Virus record (IMG/VR): IMGVR_UViG_3300032315_001401
Coordinates: 1-64,000 of that record
DNA: 64,000 bases
DNA from: a virus
Direction: 5' to 3' (one strand)
The notes beneath the pieces were generated by a model. That model did not search any database, was not told the DNA's origin, and saw only the letters and a program-made list of their open reading frames with translations. A program made the position numbers and the translations under genes. The first letter of the stretch is position 1, and each line of letters starts with the position of its first letter. Positions 53,651-63,291 of this stretch are shown in pieces.

Positions 53651-55029
53651 TAAAATTTAAATCCTTCAAATGATTTTTTAGGTTTTTTGTCTTCATTATC
53701 ATTATACTCGTCTTCGTTTCCGGAGTCAAGTATGTCTTTTTGTGCTGTTTGTTCGCAGTCATAAAGACGCATTTTAGCACGATCAATTCCTACAATAAAT
53801 CTTTTATAAACTGTAGGGTCATTATATCTATTTTTAAGTTGTTTCACCATAATCTGCCCCAACCCCTCCAACTCTTCTGTACTAATAAGGGCAAACATAA
53901 GATCAGCAGTAGCAGGAAGACCAAAGGACTCACTAGTATCAGTAAGTTCAACATCAGAAGAACCAAAACCTGAACGAGTGGTCTGAGTGGCGGATACAAT
54001 TGGGACATTAAACTCAACGGCGAGTCCGCGCAATTCCTCAGCAATTGACTTGATATACGAATAAGAATTGATAGAGCTGTTTGCCTTATGCCTAGAGGAA
54101 GCACAAATATTAAGGTAGTCAATGAAAATAATATCAGGTCTAAATGATTTCTTGAGAGCAAGTTCATTGAGAAGTGCCTTGAAATGTCCTGAATGTGCCG
54201 AAGCAGTCGGATACTCTTTAATTATAAGAGTTCCTTGAGTTTTTTTGGAAAGACTCGTCACTTTATTCTCAAACATCTGACGAGGAAGATCTACCAGTTG
54301 CTGAATTGGGACATTTAATAAGTTTGCATCAATTCTTTCAGCAATGCGTTCTTCTGCCATTTCCATCGTAATGTACAAAACGTTCCGTCCTTGGAGCAAG
54401 ACGGAGCTAGCCACATGGCACATGAATAAAGATTTCCCGACACCCGTACCAGCAAGAGCGATATTAAGAGTTTTGTTAGGGATCCCACCTTTGGTAATTT
54501 TGTTAAAATATTCAAGATCAAATTCAATCCGGTCTTCTTTTCTGTGATAAAACTCATATCGTTCTTCATAATTTTGTAGGTAATCGTGCCCAATATTATT
54601 GTCAAAAGATACTGCCAATGCATCAGAAAGAATACTAGGAATAGCGTCCCTATTCTTTTTTTCATTATTTCCATCGGCAATATGAATTGACTCCATAAGT
54701 GCCAGATAAATCGCACGGTCACGACACCACTTTTCAGTGGTATCAAGTAACCATTGTTTTTCTACAGGAGCATCATTTAGAGATTTATTAATTTCTCTTA
54801 CTTCTTTTATCTGTTCTTCTGTTAAGTCTGTGCGATTTTCTATTTCAATGCTGAGTGCTTCAATGGTGATTGCTGAACCATACTTAACAATAAATTGGAC
54901 AACCTCTTCAAAAATGACCTTTTCGGTCTTTTTCTCAAAATAATCTGGTTGTATGAAAGGAATAACTTTGCGTGAGTAGTCTTCATTGAATACTAGATTT
55001 CTGAGAATTGTGGTCTCAATTCGTTCCAT
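53650..55029 (-). CDS. gp41: Replicative helicase gp41
   Basis: AGTGVGKS, YITMEM, IFIDYL, QLKNRY; start MERIET. Confidence 0.96.
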   Translation of the reverse strand: MERIETTILRNLVFNEDYSRKVIPFIQPDYFEKKTEKVIFEEVVQFIVKYGSAITIEALSIEIENRTDLTEEQIKEVREINKSLNDAPVEKQWLLDTTEKWCRDRAIYLALMESIHIADGNNEKKNRDAIPSILSDALAVSFDNNIGHDYLQNYEERYEFYHRKEDRIEFDLEYFNKITKGGIPNKTLNIALAGTGVGKSLFMCHVASSVLLQGRNVLYITMEMAEERIAERIDANLLNVPIQQLVDLPRQMFENKVTSLSKKTQGTLIIKEYPTASAHSGHFKALLNELALKKSFRPDIIFIDYLNICASSRHKANSSINSYSYIKSIAEELRGLAVEFNVPIVSATQTTRSGFGSSDVELTDTSESFGLPATADLMFALISTEELEGLGQIMVKQLKNRYNDPTVYKRFIVGIDRAKMRLYDCEQTAQKDILDSGNEDEYNDNEDKKPKKSFEGFKF

Positions 55030-56023
55030 AACTAAATTGTTTTCTTGCAATTTCATCAAGTGCCTGCATTACTTCCGGAGTGAAATACTTCTCAGGACTT
55101 TTCAATATTTCTTTTGCATAGAGTTTTTTACCATCCATTTCATAACGACCAGCAACATTCTTCCAAATTTCACCAAGTTCTCCAAGTTCAAGAAGACCAT
55201 AATATCTGTCAAGTCCTCTCTCATCATAATAGAGACGAACTTCAACATCTTGGTTTTCTTTACTTAATCGGGATTTGGCAGTTTTACACTTGATAATATT
55301 TCCAATGATTTCTGTACCATCCTTTTCCTTTTTCTTTGAAAGATGTATGATGGTAGAAGCAGCGTACTTAAGACCACTACCGCCACCCATTTCTTTTGTT
55401 GGAACATAGGCACCGATAACATCGTATGTGTGATTTGTCACAATCATTGGAATATTTGCTTGACCCAATTTCAAAGTAAGCATACGGAATGCACCTTTGA
55501 TAAGTTGAGATTTGGTCATATCTCTAGTCTCTTTATCATTTAGAGCATCATTAATCTCCTTACTCGTAGAAAGCATCCCCAAAGAGTCTAGTACAAACAT
55601 ACAAGGATTGCGCTCACCTTCAGGCTTTTTCATATACAAATCTACTGCCTTGAGTGCCTTTCCACGAAACTCTTCCACAGTAACGACATTAACAACCACA
55701 AGACGAGTAGTATCAATTCCGCGAGATTCTAAAAGAGATTTAGTGATAGCAGCCTCAGTGTCAAAGTAGAGACAGTAACCATTGGGATTAGAATTAAGAA
55801 AGTTCTTAACAACGGCGAGAGAGAAAAAAGTCTTTCCAGTAGAAGACTCTCCAGCAATAGCAGTAATCTTATTCCCAGAGACACCACCAAAAATGCTACC
55901 TGAAACCAGTGCATTAAAAATGTATGAACCCGTATCAACATAAGTTTCTTTTTCTTCAATATCAGAAGCAAGTTGCGTATAGTCGCCACCGATTTCTTTT
56001 ACAATATCTTTAAGAAAGTCCAT
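55016..56023 (-). CDS. uvsX: RecA-like recombinase UvsX
   Basis: AGESSTGKT, VLDSLG, VTNHTY, GGGSG, KSR. Confidence 0.95.
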   Translation of the reverse strand: MDFLKDIVKEIGGDYTQLASDIEEKETYVDTGSYIFNALVSGSIFGGVSGNKITAIAGESSTGKTFFSLAVVKNFLNSNPNGYCLYFDTEAAITKSLLESRGIDTTRLVVVNVVTVEEFRGKALKAVDLYMKKPEGERNPCMFVLDSLGMLSTSKEINDALNDKETRDMTKSQLIKGAFRMLTLKLGQANIPMIVTNHTYDVIGAYVPTKEMGGGSGLKYAASTIIHLSKKKEKDGTEIIGNIIKCKTAKSRLSKENQDVEVRLYYDERGLDRYYGLLELGELGEIWKNVAGRYEMDGKKLYAKEILKSPEKYFTPEVMQALDEIARKQFSYGTN

Positions 56024-56025
56024 AG

Positions 56026-56142
56026 TTATTTGTTCCTGTTAAAATTAAAGGTCCACAATTTATTATACAACTGCTTTTCATCAGTTCTTTTAAGTAATTC
56101 TAGAATTTTTTTAAATTCTAGTTCAGTAATCGGTAAATTCAT
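56026..56142 (-). CDS. Small hypothetical protein (38 aa)
   Basis: MNLPITELEFKKILELLKRTDEKQLYNKLWTFNFNRNK; TAATG overlap with gp43. Confidence 0.45.
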   Translation of the reverse strand: MNLPITELEFKKILELLKRTDEKQLYNKLWTFNFNRNK

Positions 56143-58643
56143 TAGATAAAAAATGAATCAAGACTTGTTGTTTTTTCTACTTTCCACCCAATTGAATCGA
56201 GAATGGACTTAAGAGGGTCAATAAAACTCTTTTCAAATTGTAGGTCATAGTCTATGTATTTGTCAAGATCAAGTTCTTTGGGAAAATCTTGAATGAATGC
56301 TATTACATTTTCCTGAATAATATTGGGTTTTTTCAAGAAAATAAACTTAACTTTTTCACCATTGGCAATCAAAGAATATTTGTGGGTCAATTTCTTTTCC
56401 TTTATATAATGATTAAAAAGAAGCGCTCCACGAATATGAATGGGAGTTTTTGAAGCGTAGATCGTTGAATGGGAATAATACTTACGAACATCAGAAGCAG
56501 TTCTTGGAAATGCAATTTGTTCTGGTGGAAGTTTTTTGAAGGCATTGCGGCACTTATCAATAAACTCAATCACCTCCCCTTCAGTCCCACTCATCATCAA
56601 CTTAAGTCCGTCCTTAATCATCTGACGACACGGAGCAGGTGTAGAAGATTTAACTGCCTCAATGCCCATCATTTTAAGTTTAGGTTCTTCATAACGAACA
56701 CCTTCACTATCCCAGACATTAAGAATATAACGCTTTTTGGCAGTCCAGATTCCACGCTCGGCAATGTTCTCACGCTTCATCTGCATCTTCTGGTCGTAAG
56801 CATTTACATACTGAGCCAGTTCTTGGTAGCAACCTTCAATATACTTTTCAAGTTCCACTTTACAGATCTTATCAAGGAATGAAACAATGCCTTCAGTAGT
56901 TTTCTCTCTTCCCTTGTATACAGTCTCAACCAAAGGACCCATATTAAGATAAACAGAGTCAGTATCGGAAGCAATAACATAATCCACCTCTTCAGTTTTC
57001 AGAACTTTATTCAAATACTTATTAAGTTTATTTTCAATCCAACGAATTGCAACTTGCCCAGAAAGTGTAATTGCTTCAGCGTTTGCTAGTTTATAATAGC
57101 GGAAGTACTGATTACCAATGGCACCATAAGCACTATTAAGTTGAATCTTCCTTGCCATTTGAATGTTATTACACCTTGCAATCTCCTTTTCCAGTTCTTT
57201 TGTTGGAGTTTTTTCATACTGTTGCTTTGCCAAAAGCATTTTCTTTTTATAGATGGTGCGGTCCTCATAGATTTTCTCCATCAATTCTGGAAGAAACCCA
57301 CGAACATCTTTGCGATACATTGCACCGTTAGCACAGACTGCATAATCCTTATAAAGTTCAAATGTCAATTCTTGATTGAGAATTTTATCAACAGTCACTG
57401 TGGGGTGTCTATCATCAACAAGAGTTTCGGGACTTACATTAAATTGCATAATCAAATGTGGATATAGACTATTCAAGTCAAAACTCACCACCCAGTCATA
57501 CATTCCTGGAATAGGTTCCTTAACATAAGCGCCGGCATATTTTGAATCTTTATCGGAACGTTCTTTGGGGGGGATAACAATATCCCGCTTTTTCAAATAG
57601 TTGTAGATGATTGTATCCCACATTCTAACTTGAGAAAAAACATCAGCATAGTTTGCTTTAGCATCATATGCCATTGTAATTGCAAGTTCAATTAGTTTCA
57701 TCTTGTCTTCCATTCGGTCAACAAGTTCCACGTCGATAATGTTGTATTCTACAAATTTCTGCCACCCTTTAGTGTAGAAATCTTTAAAAGTATCAAATTC
57801 AGAGTGATCTAATTTTTTCTGACCAAGTTCAACATTTGCAATATAATCTAGGCGATAAGATTCCTGTGCTTTATAAGTAAACTTCTTATAAAGATTAAGG
57901 TAGTCAAGTTGAGTAATGCCACCAACATCATAGGAAATGTGCTTACGTCCAGCAATATAAATTTCACTTTCAGTTACAAGTCCCCATGGAGACATTCTTT
58001 TCATTAACTTTTCACCAAGAATTCTATCAAGGCGACGAACAAGATATGGAATATCATATAACTCAATATTCCAACCAGTTACAACTTCTGGCGTATTGTC
58101 TTCCGTCATCCACCAAGCAATAAAATCGTTTAATAGGTCTCTTTCAGTTGCAAAAGATTTATACATCACATTCTTTTGCTTGTTTTCAAAAGGACCAACG
58201 CCCCAAGTGCGAATTTGCTTTGAAGCATAATCTTGAATTGTAATCAAAAGAACTTCCTCAGCCGCAGATTCTACATCAGGAAATCCATTTTCCGATGCAA
58301 CCTCAATATCAAGAGTAGTTAATTTAATTTTATTGATGTCAAACTTGATTTCCTCTTCAGAATACATTTCAGAAATATACTGATAAATGTATCCCGTATT
58401 TCCATAAATGTTAAAGTTCTCTACACCATCGTATTTTTTAACAAAGTCGCGACACTCTCTTACAGATCCGGGTTGAACTTCTTCTACATAGTCTCCCGTC
58501 AAAGTTTGATATTTTGTTTTCTTTTTTGAAGGGACAAAAAGGGTCGGGTAAAACTTCTCACGGGTCATAAAATGCTTACCATTTTCATAACCACGGACCA
58601 AGAAGTGATCCCCGACCATTTGAACGTTTGTATAAAATCTCAT
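56142..58643 (-). CDS. gp43: DNA polymerase, family B
   Basis: DIEV, FDLNSLYP, KIQLNSAYG, SDTDS, KKRY. Confidence 0.97.
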   Translation of the reverse strand: MRFYTNVQMVGDHFLVRGYENGKHFMTREKFYPTLFVPSKKKTKYQTLTGDYVEEVQPGSVRECRDFVKKYDGVENFNIYGNTGYIYQYISEMYSEEEIKFDINKIKLTTLDIEVASENGFPDVESAAEEVLLITIQDYASKQIRTWGVGPFENKQKNVMYKSFATERDLLNDFIAWWMTEDNTPEVVTGWNIELYDIPYLVRRLDRILGEKLMKRMSPWGLVTESEIYIAGRKHISYDVGGITQLDYLNLYKKFTYKAQESYRLDYIANVELGQKKLDHSEFDTFKDFYTKGWQKFVEYNIIDVELVDRMEDKMKLIELAITMAYDAKANYADVFSQVRMWDTIIYNYLKKRDIVIPPKERSDKDSKYAGAYVKEPIPGMYDWVVSFDLNSLYPHLIMQFNVSPETLVDDRHPTVTVDKILNQELTFELYKDYAVCANGAMYRKDVRGFLPELMEKIYEDRTIYKKKMLLAKQQYEKTPTKELEKEIARCNNIQMARKIQLNSAYGAIGNQYFRYYKLANAEAITLSGQVAIRWIENKLNKYLNKVLKTEEVDYVIASDTDSVYLNMGPLVETVYKGREKTTEGIVSFLDKICKVELEKYIEGCYQELAQYVNAYDQKMQMKRENIAERGIWTAKKRYILNVWDSEGVRYEEPKLKMMGIEAVKSSTPAPCRQMIKDGLKLMMSGTEGEVIEFIDKCRNAFKKLPPEQIAFPRTASDVRKYYSHSTIYASKTPIHIRGALLFNHYIKEKKLTHKYSLIANGEKVKFIFLKKPNIIQENVIAFIQDFPKELDLDKYIDYDLQFEKSFIDPLKSILDSIGWKVEKTTSLDSFFI

Positions 58644-58897
58644 CAGGCAGTTAATTCAAGATACTTTTCAATAATTTCTTCTTTTGGATCTACAATTGTA
58701 AGAATACTATCGGAATGAATCATCATTTCTCTTTGGTCAGTTACATCTGGCCAAGGAGTAAGATTTCCTTCAGCATCAATACGATATGGATTAATCAATC
58801 TACAATCAGGTTCTCCAAGTTCAGATCCAACTTCCACAATTTCCGTAACAATTACGTTATCAACTTTCAACAAAAGACATTTAACTGTTTTTTCCAT
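58643..58897 (-). CDS. Hypothetical protein
   Basis: 84 aa; similar pattern to the adjacent ORF. Confidence 0.7.
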   Translation of the reverse strand: MEKTVKCLLLKVDNVIVTEIVEVGSELGEPDCRLINPYRIDAEGNLTPWPDVTDQREMMIHSDSILTIVDPKEEIIEKYLELTA

Positions 58898-59189
58898 TTA
58901 CTCTCCCCTCATAAAGATCTTTAACTGAATTAAGTGGTTCTACAATCGTCACAACCCAATCTAACGGAACTAAAATCTGATCATCCTGCGTAAGAAGTAT
59001 CCAAGCAGACAAAGATACTTGAATTTTTGCATCATAATCTACTTCTTCCGTCAAAAGAATGGACCTTTCTGTAAGAACCTTATATGGTTTATTAAAGATG
59101 TATCCGCAAGGTTTTTCATCAGAGACAATTTCCTTAAGATCGGAAATAACCGTCTCTCCAGATTTTAATAGTGCAAGTTTAATTGACAT
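58881..59189 (-). CDS. Hypothetical protein
   Basis: MSIKLALLKSGETVISD; GAAGGAG RBS. Confidence 0.75.
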   Translation of the reverse strand: MSIKLALLKSGETVISDLKEIVSDEKPCGYIFNKPYKVLTERSILLTEEVDYDAKIQVSLSAWILLTQDDQILVPLDWVVTIVEPLNSVKDLYEGRVNGKNS

Positions 59190-59211
59190 TTTTATCTTTC
59201 TCCTTCAACTT

Positions 59212-59264
59212 ATTATAGCAAAAAAATGGGGGAGTGTCAAACTGGATTTTGCCAGTTGCTCCCC
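59212..59264 (-). promoter_or_regulatory. Terminator hairpin overlapping a sigma70 promoter
   Basis: GGGGAG...CTCCCC plus U7; TTGACA-N17-TATAAT. Confidence 0.85.
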
Positions 59265-59288
59265 TGCGGCGACGATATTCACTAGTAT

Positions 59289-59456
59289 TTATTCTTCTTC
59301 ACATCCACGCCCACCTCCTCCAGGATTAAATGGAACTGCCTTTCCCTTTGGAACTCTTTGTTTTTTATGAGTTTTTGGATCAATCACCATGTGTGCTTGA
59401 GCCATCGGATAAGAGATCGTTTTGGTCTCTTGCATGAACTTCTGAAAAGATTTCAT
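59289..59456 (-). CDS. 55-aa basic protein overlapping the hsp20 3' end
   Basis: MKSFQKFMQETKTISYPMAQAHMVIDPKTHKKQRVPKGKAVPFNPGGGGRGCEEE. Confidence 0.5.
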   Translation of the reverse strand: MKSFQKFMQETKTISYPMAQAHMVIDPKTHKKQRVPKGKAVPFNPGGGGRGCEEE

Positions 59457-59886
59457 ATACCTTTCTCTTCTGATGCTCTGGAATAACTCTATTTAGTTTG
59501 ACGGTAAGTAATCCATCAACATATGAAACATCTTTAACTTCAACATCATCAGAAAGAGTCCATGTACGAGTGAATGCTCTTTTTGCCAATCCCTGATGTA
59601 GATATTCATCACTAGAATCACCCGATTTCTTTGCTTCCACAAAGAGTTTATTCCATTCCGTAGTGACTTCGATATCTTCTTTTTTATATCCAGCAAGTGC
59701 AATTTCCAATCTGAAATCAACACTACTTTCTTTAATTAGATTATATGGGGGATAATTTGTGTGCGTTTCAAACGCCGTATCAAACCTTTTAAACCACTCA
59801 TCCATCCCAATACTATTTCTCCGAATATCCATCAGATATTTTGCAGTTTCTGGTACTGTTAGAGTAAGAGAACTTGTTCCAAACAT
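59380..59886 (-). CDS. hsp20: Small heat-shock protein
   Basis: YPPYNLIK, LEIALAGY, GLAKRAFTRTW, DGLL. Confidence 0.95.
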   Translation of the reverse strand: MFGTSSLTLTVPETAKYLMDIRRNSIGMDEWFKRFDTAFETHTNYPPYNLIKESSVDFRLEIALAGYKKEDIEVTTEWNKLFVEAKKSGDSSDEYLHQGLAKRAFTRTWTLSDDVEVKDVSYVDGLLTVKLNRVIPEHQKRKVYEIFSEVHARDQNDLLSDGSSTHGD

Positions 59887-59992
59887 AATAGACCTCCTTA
59901 AAGCGTCTGTAAGTTAATAATGTCCCCGAAGGCAACATCATTATTATATATTTGAAACATAAAAAATGGGGAGTGTTGTTATCCCCACTTTT

Positions 59993-60436
59993 TTATTCGG
60001 TTTCCTCTTCTGTGCGCTTTTTCTTGGCGCCAATATTATATTTGGTCTCTAGAATCCAATCTCCTTTGTCCTTGTAAGCAAGAACTTTGATTTGATTGAG
60101 TGGTGCAATATCTTGCACTTGTTGGGCATTTACAATTGTAACCAATCCCCAATCAGCAATAAGTTGCACAATTCGATTACGACGCTGAACATCATTCACG
60201 GTAAGATTTGCATGTTTGCCATCCAGAGCAAACAATTCCTTAAAATGAACGAGATAATATCTACCTTGCTTATGAAGAATATGGCAAGATTGATAAAGTT
60301 TTTTCTCCTTTCTTGATGCAACTCCGATACGAGTCAAAGTTTCACGAACCTTAAGAAAATCATCAGGTTCATTCAGCAAAACTTCAATCATCATATTAGG
60401 CGTCCAGTTTACTACAGGTTCTTGAACGACACTCAT
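59993..60436 (-). CDS. regA: Translational repressor RegA
   Basis: FLKVRETLTRIG, CHILHKQGRYY, HFKELFALDG. Confidence 0.97.
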   Translation of the reverse strand: MSVVQEPVVNWTPNMMIEVLLNEPDDFLKVRETLTRIGVASRKEKKLYQSCHILHKQGRYYLVHFKELFALDGKHANLTVNDVQRRNRIVQLIADWGLVTIVNAQQVQDIAPLNQIKVLAYKDKGDWILETKYNIGAKKKRTEEETE

Positions 60437-60813
60437 TTTTTTCCTCCAGTTTCAAATTTCGATTTTATAAAAGTAAGTTGTTCTTTAGTAAGAATCCTCA
60501 AAGCCTGTTTTGCCTTTTCATTATTAAAACCATAATATTGTTTGACATAATCAAGATCTTTGATTTTATCTTGTCGGAGCCAGGGAGAAAATCTCTTCTT
60601 TTTCCTCAGACTATTTATAAAAAAGTCATACTGCATCTTCTTTGGAAGAAAATGATAGCGATTCATTTCATTCGCAAACATAATACAATCAATGTGCCCA
60701 GAAAAGCAACGATTGATGATATAAGGGGCGTATTCCTTCTCAAGTGAAGGATCTTCATCAATTAGATTCTGCTTCGTTTGATTGATCGAGTTTAACCAGT
60801 CCTTCAATTCCAT
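60433..60813 (-). CDS. gp62: Clamp loader small subunit
   Basis: Start MELKDWLNSIN; YAPYIINR, FANEMN, VKQYYG. Confidence 0.93.
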   Translation of the reverse strand: MELKDWLNSINQTKQNLIDEDPSLEKEYAPYIINRCFSGHIDCIMFANEMNRYHFLPKKMQYDFFINSLRKKKRFSPWLRQDKIKDLDYVKQYYGFNNEKAKQALRILTKEQLTFIKSKFETGGKK

Positions 60814-61630
60814 AATTAAAAAGCAATAGTTCTTTTCTTTGTTTTTGCTCACGCATATATTCACCAACAGAACGCATCGTATAAGTCAAATCAAACTCGG
60901 CAGCGTTCCAGTCCTTAAACCTATCTTTTACAAGTTGGTCAGAATTATAACTAATCAACTGATCCATATTGTTAGAGTCGCAATCAGCAGCAAACTTATC
61001 GTGATCGAATCCTTTATGCATTGATCCCTTTCTCCCATAGAGATTATCCTTAATGTCATAAGGAGGATCGAGATACATAAAAGCACCTTTGTTTCCATCC
61101 ATCAGATAATCGTAAGAGTAATTAGTTATGCGCCAATGAGCAATTAACTTGGAATATTCGGGCAGTTTATAGATTCCTCGCAGGGAGAAATTGGAGTTAC
61201 TTGCTTGCTCTGAAAAAGATGAACTTTCGGTAAGACCACTAAAAGAACATTTATTAACAATATAGAAAGCGACAGCACGATTAAAGTTCGATTCAGACTC
61301 ATTATTGATATGCTCCTTTGACTTCGCAAATAACTCTCTTGCCAATTCTGGGGTATTATATGCTGTTTTCAAATCCACCAATTCACTTTTTAAATCATAT
61401 CCAAACATCTGGAGTTGTTGCCAGAAGTTTACAAGAGGTTCGTAAAGGTCATTGACCCATATATCTAGGTTGGGATATTTTTTAGTAATATAAATCGCAA
61501 CGCTTCCACCACCAAGAAATGGTTCTCGGAACTCATCATAATTGCGAAGGTCTGTAAAATAAGGTCCCATCTTTTCGCAAGCACGGGACTTACCGCCAGG
61601 ATAACGAAGAGGTGTCTTGAGTGATTTCAT
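60758..61630 (-). CDS. dam: Dam-like N6-adenine methyltransferase (D12 class)
   Basis: LRYPGGKS, EPFLGGGS, YLDPPY. Confidence 0.92.
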   Translation of the reverse strand: MKSLKTPLRYPGGKSRACEKMGPYFTDLRNYDEFREPFLGGGSVAIYITKKYPNLDIWVNDLYEPLVNFWQQLQMFGYDLKSELVDLKTAYNTPELARELFAKSKEHINNESESNFNRAVAFYIVNKCSFSGLTESSSFSEQASNSNFSLRGIYKLPEYSKLIAHWRITNYSYDYLMDGNKGAFMYLDPPYDIKDNLYGRKGSMHKGFDHDKFAADCDSNNMDQLISYNSDQLVKDRFKDWNAAEFDLTYTMRSVGEYMREQKQRKELLLFNYGIEGLVKLDQSNEAESN

Positions 61631-62157
61631 TCTTCAATTTCCCTAATATAATTCAAATAAAAATCAACTTTTTTCTGGAAAAAGTTTTCCTGCAAAGTTG
61701 GACCACCATTTAGAAAAAAATGTTCTGGTTCGGGATTACAGGAAGCAGTAATAGTTGTTCCACTAATCTTGACATTATAAAGCATTTCTCCAGGAACACA
61801 ACAAGCTTTGAGTTTATCTGGATCAGTAAAAATATAATAATCTGCAGGACTAAATCGAGATAAATCTGGTGTGCTACGTCCGTTCATAACAACTACGCCA
61901 CGAACAGCGGTTTCACTTTTATTTGCAAATTTTATTTTTTTACTCTCATACGTCTTACCAAAATTATCAATCAAATCCTTACCGATCAAATTGATACGCT
62001 TGAGTTGCCCCTTACCATACTCTTGATAGGCATATTCGATAACTTTCCCCACCTCAAAATACTCTGTTGGATCAGTATTTCCAGAAAGAGTGGAAAGGAA
62101 TTTTGAAAGTTTGTTCAATTCAATGGTAGAAAAATCAATCATTGGTTTCATAATCAA
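61627..62157 (-). CDS. Hypothetical protein, possible PD-(D/E)xK endonuclease
   Basis: E...GKDL...YESKK pattern; overlaps the dam start. Confidence 0.5.
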   Translation of the reverse strand: MIMKPMIDFSTIELNKLSKFLSTLSGNTDPTEYFEVGKVIEYAYQEYGKGQLKRINLIGKDLIDNFGKTYESKKIKFANKSETAVRGVVVMNGRSTPDLSRFSPADYYIFTDPDKLKACCVPGEMLYNVKISGTTITASCNPEPEHFFLNGGPTLQENFFQKKVDFYLNYIREIEE

Positions 62158-62347
62158 TAGGGTGATACTTCAAATACTCTCTAAAAGTGAGTTTCATTTC
62201 TTTCTGCGTCATACCACAGTGCCTGGCAGCATCGGGAAGATTCATTATAGCGCGAAAGAGACCTTCATTTGCCTCTTGGACATTTTCGGGAGTTGTTTTA
62301 ACTGGCAATTCATACAATTCCCACTTATTGATTTTAAATGGATTCAT
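62135..62347 (-). CDS. Hypothetical protein
   Basis: 70 aa; AARHCGMTQKEMKLTF HTH-like. Confidence 0.65.
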   Translation of the reverse strand: MNPFKINKWELYELPVKTTPENVQEANEGLFRAIMNLPDAARHCGMTQKEMKLTFREYLKYHPIDYETND

Positions 62348-63288
62348 CGAAACTCACACTCCACCATTATTTCTGTAAGAGCGGCAAGAAGGTTGATTTC
62401 CTGATCGGCAACAAACGACCCCTGATACATATACTTTGCAATGATAAGAATTGCTGCAGGAATTGTAGAAGGTGTGAGAGATTCATAGCAAGAGTCATAA
62501 AGACGACGCAAAATGAGATTTGCATCATTATCAAGATTTGCTACTACCCATTTACGAACTTCAGCAAAATTCTTATCTTTCATATTTTTGATAAGACCAT
62601 TTACTGCAATGTCTGTGAAGGATGCAAGAATTGCTGCGTCAATTTTTCCTCCTGTTGCATACCTTTGACATTCGTTGAGGACTCTTCGAAAATCTGGGAA
62701 GTGCTTGGAGATAATTTCAACAAGAACTTTTTGATCATACTCGATCCTTTCCTCATCCAAAATGTTTTGTAGGCGCTTGAAAAAGGATCCTGCCAACTGC
62801 GCCTTTTGTTTGCCCTTGATGGTGAAATCAATGACGGCACATCGGGAATGAAGAGGTTCGATGATTTTGTTTTTGTAGTTGCAGGTGAAAATGAATCTGC
62901 AGTTGTTATAAAATGTCTCAATATTTGCCCGTAGAAGGAGTTGTACATCTGCGGTCGTGTTGTCACTTTCATCCACAATGATGACTTTGTGTTTAGAAGA
63001 TCCCGTAAGTGAGACGGTCGAAGCGAAGTTCTTTGCTTGGTTCCGTACAGTATCCAAGAAACGCCCTTCGTCGGATCCATTGATGACATAATAGTCTGCC
63101 CCTAACTCATTACACAGTGCTTTTGCAATCGTGGTTTTACCAATACCAGGAGGTCCAGAAAGAAGAAGATTTGGAATCTCCCCTTTTTCCACAAACTCCT
63201 TAAATGTTTTTTTAATTTCATCAGGAAGAATACAGTCCTCAATCACTTGAGGACGATATTTTTCCGTTAGAAGGAATTCACTTGTCAT
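62344..63288 (-). CDS. gp44: Clamp loader large subunit
   Basis: EKYRP, GPPGIGKT, VDESD, LHSRC. Confidence 0.96.
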   Translation of the reverse strand: MTSEFLLTEKYRPQVIEDCILPDEIKKTFKEFVEKGEIPNLLLSGPPGIGKTTIAKALCNELGADYYVINGSDEGRFLDTVRNQAKNFASTVSLTGSSKHKVIIVDESDNTTADVQLLLRANIETFYNNCRFIFTCNYKNKIIEPLHSRCAVIDFTIKGKQKAQLAGSFFKRLQNILDEERIEYDQKVLVEIISKHFPDFRRVLNECQRYATGGKIDAAILASFTDIAVNGLIKNMKDKNFAEVRKWVVANLDNDANLILRRLYDSCYESLTPSTIPAAILIIAKYMYQGSFVADQEINLLAALTEIMVECEFR

Positions 63289-63291
63289 AAT

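Noticed and set aside
41926-58643. Introns or inteins in nrdB, nrdA, gp41, gp43 (and psbA)
   Set aside because: All are uninterrupted ORFs of normal length
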